Positions 1 through 8,649 of a stretch of 64,000 nucleotides of DNA are shown piece by piece; the stretch's first letter is position 1, and the number at the start of each line of letters is the position of its first letter. Where the stretch lies: the NCBI GenBank assembly GCA_963726195.1, contig CAVSBO010000004.1, positions 256,001 through 320,000 of the forward strand, read 5' to 3'. The position numbers and the translations under genes are program-made. Under the pieces are notes generated by a model. The model saw nothing but the letters and a program-made list of their open reading frames with translations. It was not told where the DNA came from and ran no database searches. The stretch comes from Candidatus Thorarchaeota archaeon. GTDB taxonomy: Archaea; Asgardarchaeota; Thorarchaeia; Thorarchaeales; Thorarchaeaceae.

Positions 1-312
1 CACAGGTTGGTTGTTTTTGGTCAGGAGAAAGTCGAGAAGCGTTTCGAGAAGGTCAAAGATCCTCCGGAGGGCACTTTCATGGCCGAAGGGTTTGTCCCAA
101 GAGTGATTGTTAAGGACCGCAGGGTTCTAGGTATTGAACTGCTGAAAGGGACGCCGGACGCCATCCTGTCGCCTATCAAGGCCGAGATGAAGGAACGGCT
201 TAGTGACCTGATTAGTTTCTTCAAGTCTGAGCTCGACGGTGCGCCAGAGGAAGCGGGGGAAGCCGGAGACGAAGGTAAGTCTCCCGCAAAGAAGAAGCTC
301 GTCGCAAAATGA
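1..312 (+). CDS. Hypothetical protein, C-terminal part (runs off the window start)
   Basis: Open frame from the window edge to a stop at 312; charged low-complexity C-terminus. Confidence 0.6.
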   Translation, partial: HRLVVFGQEKVEKRFEKVKDPPEGTFMAEGFVPRVIVKDRRVLGIELLKGTPDAILSPIKAEMKERLSDLISFFKSELDGAPEEAGEAGDEGKSPAKKKLVAK

Positions 313-393
313 GCCTTAAGTGCTTGACAATCTGCGACAAAGGTATTTTAACTCACTCACCCTTGAGTAGTTCGAAAGCTGAGGGATGAAGAC

Positions 394-783
394 ATGTCTG
401 GCCATTTGGATTCACGCAAAGAGAAGGAATTGATTGAGCTTCTGATGGGCCTCACTGATGTCGCAGACTTGGATGCAATAGCTGTTGTTAGCAAGCAGGG
501 AGTGAAGCTGGCCTACTTCGCTACCGAAGAGTCAGATGTCGATCCTGACCTGATGGCCGCTGTTAGTGCAGCATTGCTGGCAACTGGAGACATGGCAGCA
601 GACAAACTGGCGCTTGATGTTCTCTATGAGGTTATTGTGCACGGAAAGCAGGGCTTCGTTGTGCTTTCAAATGCGGGAGACTTTCTCCTGATGGGGTCTG
701 CGAAGGACCTGACCTCAATGGGACTTGCAGTCCAACAAATGAGGAAGTACGCAAAGGAAGTGGGCGAGCTACTCAAGAAGTAG
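394..783 (+). CDS. Roadblock/LC7 (MglB/LAMTOR-like) domain protein
   Basis: 129 aa; AIAVVSKQG, DPDLMAAVSAALL, EVIVHGKQGFVVL, terminal helix MGLAVQQMRKYAKEV. Confidence 0.9.
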   Translation: MSGHLDSRKEKELIELLMGLTDVADLDAIAVVSKQGVKLAYFATEESDVDPDLMAAVSAALLATGDMAADKLALDVLYEVIVHGKQGFVVLSNAGDFLLMGSAKDLTSMGLAVQQMRKYAKEVGELLKK

Positions 784-882
784 TATTTCGTGCGTTCCAC
801 GTGGAAAGCGAATTGGCAGTGCTTGTTCTTTCCGATAGTCAAATAAGCTCCTCAAGTTCCCGCCCGCAGCGGCGCATCGTCC

Positions 883-2082
883 ATGAAGATAGCAGTCACG
901 CCCCGTGCGGCCAATCTAACATACGCAATCCGTGATATTGTTGTGGCAGCCAAGAAGTACGAGAAGGAAAAAGGGCAGATTCCTCTGTACTTGAACATTG
1001 GAGATCCTATCGCCTACGATTGGCGGACACCCGATTTCATGGTCGAAGCTCTAAGCAAGGCAGCCAAAGATGGTGTTAATGGGTATACTCCATCCGAGGG
1101 TCTTGAGGACTTTAGGAAAGCTGTCGCTGAAAAAGAGAAGAAGATTGGCGGCATTACAATCGACCCTGCTAGGGTTTTGACAACCAACGGTATATCAGAG
1201 GCAATCCAGTTTCTGACAGGAGCACTGGTAAGCCAAGGTTCCGAGTTCTTGCTTCCGGGACCGTCGTACCCGCCGTACATATCATACACCGAGTTCTTTG
1301 GAGGCAAACCTGTCACATATCGCACCATCGAGGAAGAGAACTGGGTTCCCGATCTAGACGATTTACGCAAGAAGGTCAACCAGAAGACTACTGGGATTGT
1401 GGTCATCAACCCAAACAACCCGACGGGAGCTGTTTATGATCAGAAGACGTTGAGTCAGATTGCATCGATTGCAGGTGAATATGGTCTCCCACTCATATCG
1501 GACGAGACCTATGACCGACTGACCTTTGAGAAGAAGCAGACGCCAATGGCCAAGGCGGCGGGCGACGTGCCTGTCATCGGTTTCAATGGAATCAGCAAAG
1601 TGTACTTGGCTCCCGGCTGGAGGATTGGCTATGTCTACTTCTGCGACCAGAAGGGAGAACTTGAGCCGATACGCGATGGAATGTTGCGACAGGCTCGAGT
1701 GAGAATCTGTGCCAACTCAGCGGCTCAAGTCGCTGCCGCTGTTGCTTTGAGAAGCGATGGGAGTCATCTGAAGGATGTGGTCCGAAGGATGAGGGAAAGA
1801 AGAGACCTGATCTGGAAGCGTCTCAATTCAATAGAATCGATCTCCACCACAAAGCCAGACGCCGCGTTCTACATTCTTCCTAAGGTTGACCTGAAAGGCC
1901 GATGGAAGAATGACACGGAGTTTGTTCTGGATGTGCTCAACGAGGCTGGTGTGGTTTTCGTGCCCGGTTCAGGATTCTGTCCAATCTATGGCGCATCGCA
2001 CTTCAGAAGTGTCTTCTTGCCTCCACCTAACGTAATCACGGAAGCCATGGACAGGCTCGAGCGATTCATGACAAAGCGATGA
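883..2082 (+). CDS. PLP-dependent class I/II aminotransferase (alanine/aspartate aminotransferase-like)
   Basis: LNIGDP, INPNNPTG, SDETY, GISKVYLAPGWRIG (PLP lysine), VPGSGF. Confidence 0.93.
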   Translation: MKIAVTPRAANLTYAIRDIVVAAKKYEKEKGQIPLYLNIGDPIAYDWRTPDFMVEALSKAAKDGVNGYTPSEGLEDFRKAVAEKEKKIGGITIDPARVLTTNGISEAIQFLTGALVSQGSEFLLPGPSYPPYISYTEFFGGKPVTYRTIEEENWVPDLDDLRKKVNQKTTGIVVINPNNPTGAVYDQKTLSQIASIAGEYGLPLISDETYDRLTFEKKQTPMAKAAGDVPVIGFNGISKVYLAPGWRIGYVYFCDQKGELEPIRDGMLRQARVRICANSAAQVAAAVALRSDGSHLKDVVRRMRERRDLIWKRLNSIESISTTKPDAAFYILPKVDLKGRWKNDTEFVLDVLNEAGVVFVPGSGFCPIYGASHFRSVFLPPPNVITEAMDRLERFMTKR

Positions 2083-2097
2083 AGCAGGATTCGCAGC

Positions 2098-3876
2098 CTA
2101 GCCTAGCTCTGACAGTCTCGCTTCGAGATATGATGCTAGTTCATTTATGATTGAACGTACCATGACTTGGGCCAATTCCACCCTAGCAAGACCAGCAGGT
2201 CGTTCAGGGACCTTCAGCGCATCGCTCGTCAGGATGCTCTCTAGCTGGATACGTGCTTTCAACGCCCTAGCCTTTGCCGTATCCAAGGAGGCTCGCAGTT
2301 TCGTTCTTAGAGCAGCTTCAGTCGGATTGGTAGTGGCTCCAGCAGTTGGCGTCTGATTGTAAACCGTCTCAATGTCGCGCATCAGGTCAGACAGCTGGTC
2401 TCTTGCTGAAGAGATTGCGGTCGCAAGGTCCCGCTTGGCTTTGCTGTCCCTGTTCGACTCGGCAGTAGCTGTTGCTTCTTCGGTCTTGAGCTTCTTCTCC
2501 TGGCCGGTGAGTATTGACTGCAGTGTTTGGCGCATAGGCTCCAGTTTGGATTTGGCAAATTCATGCATCTCAGCTTGTCTGGATGCTCGTACAGCCTTGA
2601 GAAAGTTTTCATCTCCGAGCAGTCCGTCTATTGTGTCAATGACATCATTCGCCAAGCTGATTCTCGCTTTGGCAATCTCCAGCCTCTTTTCCTGAGTGTC
2701 AGTTCTGGCCTTCTCCAGCGAGGTGCTCAGGCCGTCCACGACTCTTTTCAAGGGCTCTTTCTCGAGTTCGGATTCATCTATAGTGGATTCGAGAAGGCTG
2801 GCCCGCCCATCGGTAACATCAAGGTCGTGAAGAAGCTTCTCGGTTTCCTTGTAGTCTTTCAGGGTCAAAATTGCAGGTCCTGCTTGCAGTGAATATTCAG
2901 TGCCTAACCTGTCAGTGTAGGAGCCCCTAACCATCACCGAGAACTCCTTCACTCCCATGAGTTCCTCAGATGATCGTACGAACGCCTCCATGGAACCTGA
3001 TTGGCCGGCGCCGAGTGAAGCGATATTCTTCTTCTTATCGCCGTACACGAAGGTCAGTCCATCGTCAAGGAGCCATTCCGCACTGAGCTTTGAAGCGGCT
3101 CCTTCTCCTTGGTTGTTGAAGACCGCCTTGACTGAAAATTGCTCGGTGAAGGTCATGTCCACAGGTAGTTGGAGCTGTGTCATAACCTTCGGCATCTTCA
3201 GTTTGCCACGCAGAATCTCCCTTGCCATGTCCAGGCCCCTGTCGATGTACTTGCTAAACTCCTGTGCCGCGGCATCCACGAGGGCCGGCTTCAACTCGGC
3301 TACTGCCGTGGTCTCTGCGCTTGAAAAGGCCTCAATGTCGACACCCTTGATGGCAGCCTCAAGCTGTTGAGGGATTTGACTCAACCGAACGACATCAGTC
3401 GTGGTCATTTTGGAAGCGTTTTGTGCTGCGAAGGTCATTGCCCTTTGATATGCATCGGCCTCGCGCCCTATCATCAGGTAAATCATGCACGCAGCCATGG
3501 CAAGTCCGGTGCCTTTCTTTACACCTGCAGGTTCACCCCACATCAGGTTCTCATCAGCGGCTTTCAAGAGATCAAGAGCCGCTCCTTCGTATGCTCTAAT
3601 CGCTTTGTCAGAATCGGCGAGCTCAGAGTAGAGGTCGCCTGCTGCACACATGTTCAGTGCAGCGCTCTTGAAGCTCTTCGAAGTCCTGTACCGGTCGGCA
3701 GCTTTGACATAGGTCTCAGCCGCCTGCACATAGAGTCTTTCAGCGCCAGCATGGTCACCATTCTGCTCGGACAATTCCGCAGCTTGGGCGAACTTCCTGC
3801 CAGCCTCCGTGAAAGACTGTCTGAGAGACTCCTTCGTAGCCTCCTCGATGATATGTTTGACATCGTCTCTTGACAT
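2098..3876 (-). CDS. SNAP(NSF attachment protein)-like alpha-solenoid + Ig-like (CARDB-type) domain + C-terminal coiled coil
   Basis: N-terminal ~220 aa of TPR-like helices (EAGRKFAQAAEL, AAETYVKAADRY, AACMIYL, LEAAIKGVDIEAF); beta-sandwich FSVKAVFNNQGEGAA...GSYTDRLG; heptad-rich C-terminus. Confidence 0.6.
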   Translation of the reverse strand: MSRDDVKHIIEEATKESLRQSFTEAGRKFAQAAELSEQNGDHAGAERLYVQAAETYVKAADRYRTSKSFKSAALNMCAAGDLYSELADSDKAIRAYEGAALDLLKAADENLMWGEPAGVKKGTGLAMAACMIYLMIGREADAYQRAMTFAAQNASKMTTTDVVRLSQIPQQLEAAIKGVDIEAFSSAETTAVAELKPALVDAAAQEFSKYIDRGLDMAREILRGKLKMPKVMTQLQLPVDMTFTEQFSVKAVFNNQGEGAASKLSAEWLLDDGLTFVYGDKKKNIASLGAGQSGSMEAFVRSSEELMGVKEFSVMVRGSYTDRLGTEYSLQAGPAILTLKDYKETEKLLHDLDVTDGRASLLESTIDESELEKEPLKRVVDGLSTSLEKARTDTQEKRLEIAKARISLANDVIDTIDGLLGDENFLKAVRASRQAEMHEFAKSKLEPMRQTLQSILTGQEKKLKTEEATATAESNRDSKAKRDLATAISSARDQLSDLMRDIETVYNQTPTAGATTNPTEAALRTKLRASLDTAKARALKARIQLESILTSDALKVPERPAGLARVELAQVMVRSIINELASYLEARLSELG

Positions 3877-3976
3877 GGCTTCTTTCTCCTGCAGTGCCTG
3901 TACGCTCCATGGACGAGCTTATTTATCCCTCTTTCGAGAAGCTCGCCAAAGGGGTTCACAATGAGTAGTGTGCCTA

Positions 3977-4267
3977 CTAGTAGACTTCGCGCGGCGACTG
4001 TGTGAGCCTGTCGGGCAGCGTACCGCCGTGGCCCTCGATGACGAGTTCGTATCCTCGCCCTACGCGACCTTTCTTTGCGGTCTGGAAGCCGGCCTTCTCA
4101 ATAGCTCGGGCTCCTCGTTCCGCGGCTCGCCTCTCGATCATGCTCACGCCACCGGGTACGACTAGGATTAACTTCTTCTGAGTGTCATCCAAGGTCAATG
4201 TTACGTCGGTGGTAGGTTGTCCCGTACACTCAAAGAACTGACTGTTTTTGTACTCTAGAATCGTCAT
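3977..4267 (-). CDS. Small single-domain gelsolin/cofilin-fold protein (ProGel-like)
   Basis: 96 aa; VTLTLDDTQKKLILVVPGGVSMIERRAAERGARAI fits the gelsolin strand-strand-long-helix core; ELVIEG near the C-terminus. Confidence 0.6.
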   Translation of the reverse strand: MTILEYKNSQFFECTGQPTTDVTLTLDDTQKKLILVVPGGVSMIERRAAERGARAIEKAGFQTAKKGRVGRGYELVIEGHGGTLPDRLTQSPREVY

Positions 4268-4375
4268 GCAGACATTTCCCGTCCGATGTTAATTACGGAG
4301 CAGTTCGAACGTAGGCGCATATTAGCATATGGCGGATGGAGGCCTGTTCGATTCCTCAATCGAGAGGATGGAATG

Positions 4376-4445
4376 AGGAAAAGAAGAGAGAAGTTGGAGA
4401 AGGCTCAGGAGAGCACGACGAGTGCGCCCAGATTCGAGAGCCTTC
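4376..4445 (-). terminator. Putative terminator hairpin with pyrimidine tract
   Basis: GAAGGCTC...GAGCCTTC stem (4399-4445) followed on the minus strand by a CT-rich tract, just after the 4474 stop. Confidence 0.45.
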
Positions 4446-4473
4446 CGTGATGAACTCGCAAACGCGCCGATTC

Positions 4474-4746
4474 TCAATCTCTGGGAGGAGGTGGAGGAAC
4501 ATCACCCTTACGCGTATCAATCTTTGTGAGTACCGAGTCGCGTTTCTTCTTGGGTGCGGCGAAGCCGATTATTATGAATACCAGCCCAATGACAGCCGCG
4601 ATTGCTCCAATCATGAAGGTGCTGGAACCTAGCAGCAGATTGCCATTCTGAGCGAGAAGAGCCAAGATTGCACCAACGATCAACAGCAGTACTCCTAGAC
4701 ATATCGGCACTGTGCGCGCATAGCTGCGTTTAGTGAGATAAGCCAT
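4474..4746 (-). CDS. Small two-TM membrane protein with C-terminal polyproline tail
   Basis: Two hydrophobic segments, basic stop-transfer PKKKR, ends DVPPPPPRD. Confidence 0.75.
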   Translation of the reverse strand: MAYLTKRSYARTVPICLGVLLLIVGAILALLAQNGNLLLGSSTFMIGAIAAVIGLVFIIIGFAAPKKKRDSVLTKIDTRKGDVPPPPPRD

Positions 4747-4856
4747 GATTATTGACTCCTAACCGAGACCTGACCGGAGGTCTCGTCTAATCATACTCGG
4801 TTCTGGTGTACTGATTTAACTCTATCTGCTTTTGATTCCAGCCACATGACGCTGAT

Positions 4857-5746
4857 TCATGATGTCTGCTTCAATGACACGATAACTGTGCAACCATTGG
4901 ACGAAGTGTTAACCAGAACGTTTGCCCCTGTCGTGTCAGCGACCTTGCTCGCTAGCATTTCATGAAATGCGCAGGGAAAACCGGGGGCAGGCTGACTCCT
5001 CTGCTCCTAAGAGCGTTAGCGATTCTCAGTATCTCGCAGGCACCGGTTTCGACTGTAATCTTGCTCGAACCGGTTAGAGCCAGCTGGCTTTCACGAGAAC
5101 AAGCTTGAATGAAGGATACGAACTGCGTTATCAAATCAGCAGACTTGCCTGATGCAGCCCACCTCTCAATTAAGGCCCTTGCTGCCTGACCGAAAACCTC
5201 CTTCGGATGGTCCGGTCCCAGACTTGAACAATACGCAGCAACTTCGGCAATCAGTACAGAGTGCGCTTCCAAGTCAGTTTGCCAAGCCTCCGCAGGGCTC
5301 AGTGTCTTGACTGTAGGTATCTGTTCAAGTCGCGGAAGACTGAGTGCATAGTCGATTTGCACAGCTTCACGCCGAGCTTGAAGCCTCTCAGGATGCGGAC
5401 TGGCGTCAGTTGTCAGTGAAGAGCTTGAAGCATCCTCCCCTTCTCTGACAAGGTCCTTTTCCTCGTAGTTGGGACAGATGCCGGATTGCTCATATCTTCT
5501 TGCGTACTGCATGAGTCTTCCTGCACACATTGCTACAGAAGATCGGCTGAGACCCTCCAGTCTGATGAAACCGTAGATTACGCCAACAAAATCATCAAGG
5601 CTCAGTTGTGACATGGTCTTCTCGACGATAATCTTCTTTCCCCTGACTACGCGAGCAGCCCACTTTTCGTCCATAACACCAGCTTGCGCCGCATAACTCG
5701 TGTTCGTTATCACGACCAATGGCGAGATGGGATAGAACCCGGCCAT
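4857..5746 (-). CDS. Hypothetical protein with V4R-like C-terminal domain (frameshift at ~4985)
   Basis: ORF 4952..5746; shifting frame in the G5 run gives ...GFPCAFHEMLASKVADTTGANVLVNTSSNGCTVIVSLKQTS*, completing a C..C..C pattern (ACEI, PCAFH, GCTV). Confidence 0.55.
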
Positions 5747-5842
5747 TTGATACCTCGTCCGCTATCTGTTCTATCACATAGCGAGTCTCTGGATGTTCAA
5801 AAGAGTATGTTGAACGTATGTCAAGGCCGGGACATGGCAACA

Positions 5843-8336
5843 TCATGGTCTCTTGGTTTTCACCCGGAGTGTGAGGATGGAATGAGGACCCACCGGCAGC
5901 CGGAATGTATTGGTGTGGAAACCTATTTCGCCCATGTCTCTTTCACACAAGTCCGTGAGATTCACGGATTCGAGCTCATAGAAGAACTTGAGCGTGGCAA
6001 TGCCTTCGGTGCCACCCATTTCATAGAGTCTTAGCACGAATTCTCCGGGATTCCCGGTCGGCTTGAGGCAGGAAAGAGCCAAGTCCATGCCCTGTATCTC
6101 GAGAAATGATGCCTCGTGAGGCAGGCTGCCGCCAGTGCTCTCTTGACAACATGCCATCAGGGGCAGGCGATGTTCAGCGGAGCTCCTCCATACCTTGGCT
6201 TTGTCCCACTTTCCTCGATGAGGAATAATAGAGTAGTGGAAGATGTGTGTCCCAATCTCGCGTGCAGTCTCGGTTTCTATTATCTCATCATCCTTTCCGC
6301 GGGAGAGGTAGTTTACGCTTCTGAGAAGAGTTGCTGAGAGCACGCCATCCGTGAATTCATAATCGTGGAGCCCGATTGCTGAGAAGCAAATTCCAAGGTC
6401 TGGTCCGGCACAGTCCACCCAATCAAGTGCGTGAAAGAGACCACCTTTGTTGCCTGCTTGGGAGGACCCGCTCCGAGGTATGACAAGCCTCTCCTCAGCA
6501 GCAAACTGCGACCCAACGACGACGCTGTTCGTGTAGACATTCAATGGGAAACTCAAGCGCACTCGCCTTTCTTGTCCCTTGAACTCCAATTCGGTCTCAA
6601 AGTCGACTCGGCGTACACCCTCATAGACGGAAATGCGTTGTCTACGAGTGCATCCATCGAAGTCGCCTGAGATTTCTGCGGTGGCCCGAACAGGTCCGGT
6701 TTCAACAATCTGTATCTTGGAAACAGTACGCAGGGACGTCACTTGGGAGTCCTGAAGCGATCGATTCGAAGGAGAGAATTCGTACAGGTCTCCTACGTCC
6801 GTTTCAATCGTGATGTAGTTCCCGCGTTCTCTAAGGAGCTCGTTTTGGCTCGCCTTGTCAAAGAACCTGAAGATGGCGCCGCTGAATTCATCGAACTCAA
6901 GAATGAAATTGCTGGACTCAATCCAGTTCCTCCCAGTTCTTATTGAGGACGCAAATTCAGGAGCCTTCTCGACTGGGACCAGCGAGTAGACTCTATGGCT
7001 TAGTGGCGGCATTCCCGAGGCGACAAAAGCCAGATTCACAAGGGTCGAATCCTCACTTTTCTTTAGAACCTGAAATGGAATACTGCGACCGTCAGGACCT
7101 CGTAGGCTCGAATGCGCCCGAAATATGGTTGGTCAAGTCGACTTCGATTTGTACAAAGTCGTCCCGCGACCATGGCAATGGATTGGTGACTACGAAACTC
7201 AGATTCTCGGACGGTCTCGCGACCTGCGAAACCATTCGGGCAACTGTCTCTTCTAGTAGTTGCTCCGCTTGGGCAACTGCCTGTTGATACCTCTTGATAG
7301 CCTGCTTGAATGGTTCGTCTGCAAGGGCACCCCTGATGATGTTGTGATCTTGGTTGAAAAGCAGAATCCTCCACAGGTTCTCCAGTTGCGGTATTTTCTC
7401 ACGTTCATCGCCAAAGCTCATGTATAGTTCAATGAGGTGAACAAGACTCTCCAGCCTGCGATTCAGAATCTTGAGCTTGGTTCTGGCACTGAGTCCCCCT
7501 TGGTGCATCGAGGCAAACCGGTCGCTGTAAAGACCTCCCTCAATCACTGGCATTCTGGCCTGTACTGTCTTGGTCTTGTCAGTGAACTCGCGTGGAGTCA
7601 CTATTGCCATCCGCATGTCAGGAAAGGTTGAGTTCCACTTGCTGGCGATATCGGCGAGATGAGGTAGGGGCGGGACAAGTTCTCCGCCAGTTGGTATGAG
7701 CAAGTTGTTCGAAACCGCGTGGCTGCTTATTGCTTCAATAATCTTCAGAATCTTGGTGAATGCATCTCTCTGATTCTCAGACAACCACGCAGCACAGTCA
7801 TATCCCTGAGAGAGCCACGTTGCGATTACTTGGCTGCCGTCAGGTGCTTTCCAGATGAACTCGCTCGGCGAGTCATAACCCATGCCCCGCCAGAAGTAGT
7901 ACGAATCCATTCCGCACAATCTAAGGATTTGCGGCATCTGAGAGGGATGTCCAGCCGAATCGATTGCCCACCCTGTACGAACGTCTATCCCAAATTCCTT
8001 TCTGAAGAACTGTGTGCCGTACAGATACTGGCGTACTATCGACTCCCCGTCGGGCAAGACAAAGTCGGGCATTACATAGGTTCCGCCGACAATCTCGACA
8101 CGTCCCTCTAATACACGCTGATGCAGTGTGTCCCAGTAATTCGGAAACAGCTTCTTGAAGCCCTCTAGCAACGTGACTTGGTCCAAACAGAACCTGTGGG
8201 TAGGATTGACTTCGAGGAAATCTAGTACGCTCTTTACATTCCAAGAGCCAATGCTCACATAGTGTTCGTATGTTCGAGACCTGGAATTATCGAAGTGCAA
8301 AAACGGGCACATGTTGAGGATCCAACGGTCGGTCAT
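5843..8336 (-). CDS. GH38 alpha-mannosidase family protein (split by a frameshift at ~7105)
   Basis: HFD, EIVGGTYVMPD, GESIVRQ, GWAIDSAGH..QMPQI, NQDH, NPLPWSR; C-terminal GH38C region (GPVRAT, TLLRS, VLRLYE). Removing one base joins the halves via LRGPDGRSIPFQV. Confidence 0.88.
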
Positions 8337-8649
8337 GCAAGTCACATCTGTCGGCAGGCCATCGTCTGAGTCTCTAGTTAGGAGTCCTGTCACCTTTATG
8401 AGCATTGCCAGTGGTCAAGGGGCGGGCTATTGATGTGACACAGGACCCTTCAATTGACCCACCGATTGGTCTGTTGGGCAAAGAGAGCGGAAAGATCAAC
8501 GAGCAACAGGACCTGGAAGAGACTTGTGCCAACGCTTCACGTGATGATATCCTGGTCGGAGAACGCAGAGGGGTCGTGTCTTCTCTCTTGAGAACTTGCG
8601 TCCTGAAATGCCGAGTGTGCACTACCCCAACTGCAGGTTGTCCGAACAC

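Noticed and set aside
4399-4445. Hairpin as a SECIS element
   Set aside because: No nearby gene has a plausible in-frame Sec UGA; the position and pyrimidine tract fit a terminator.
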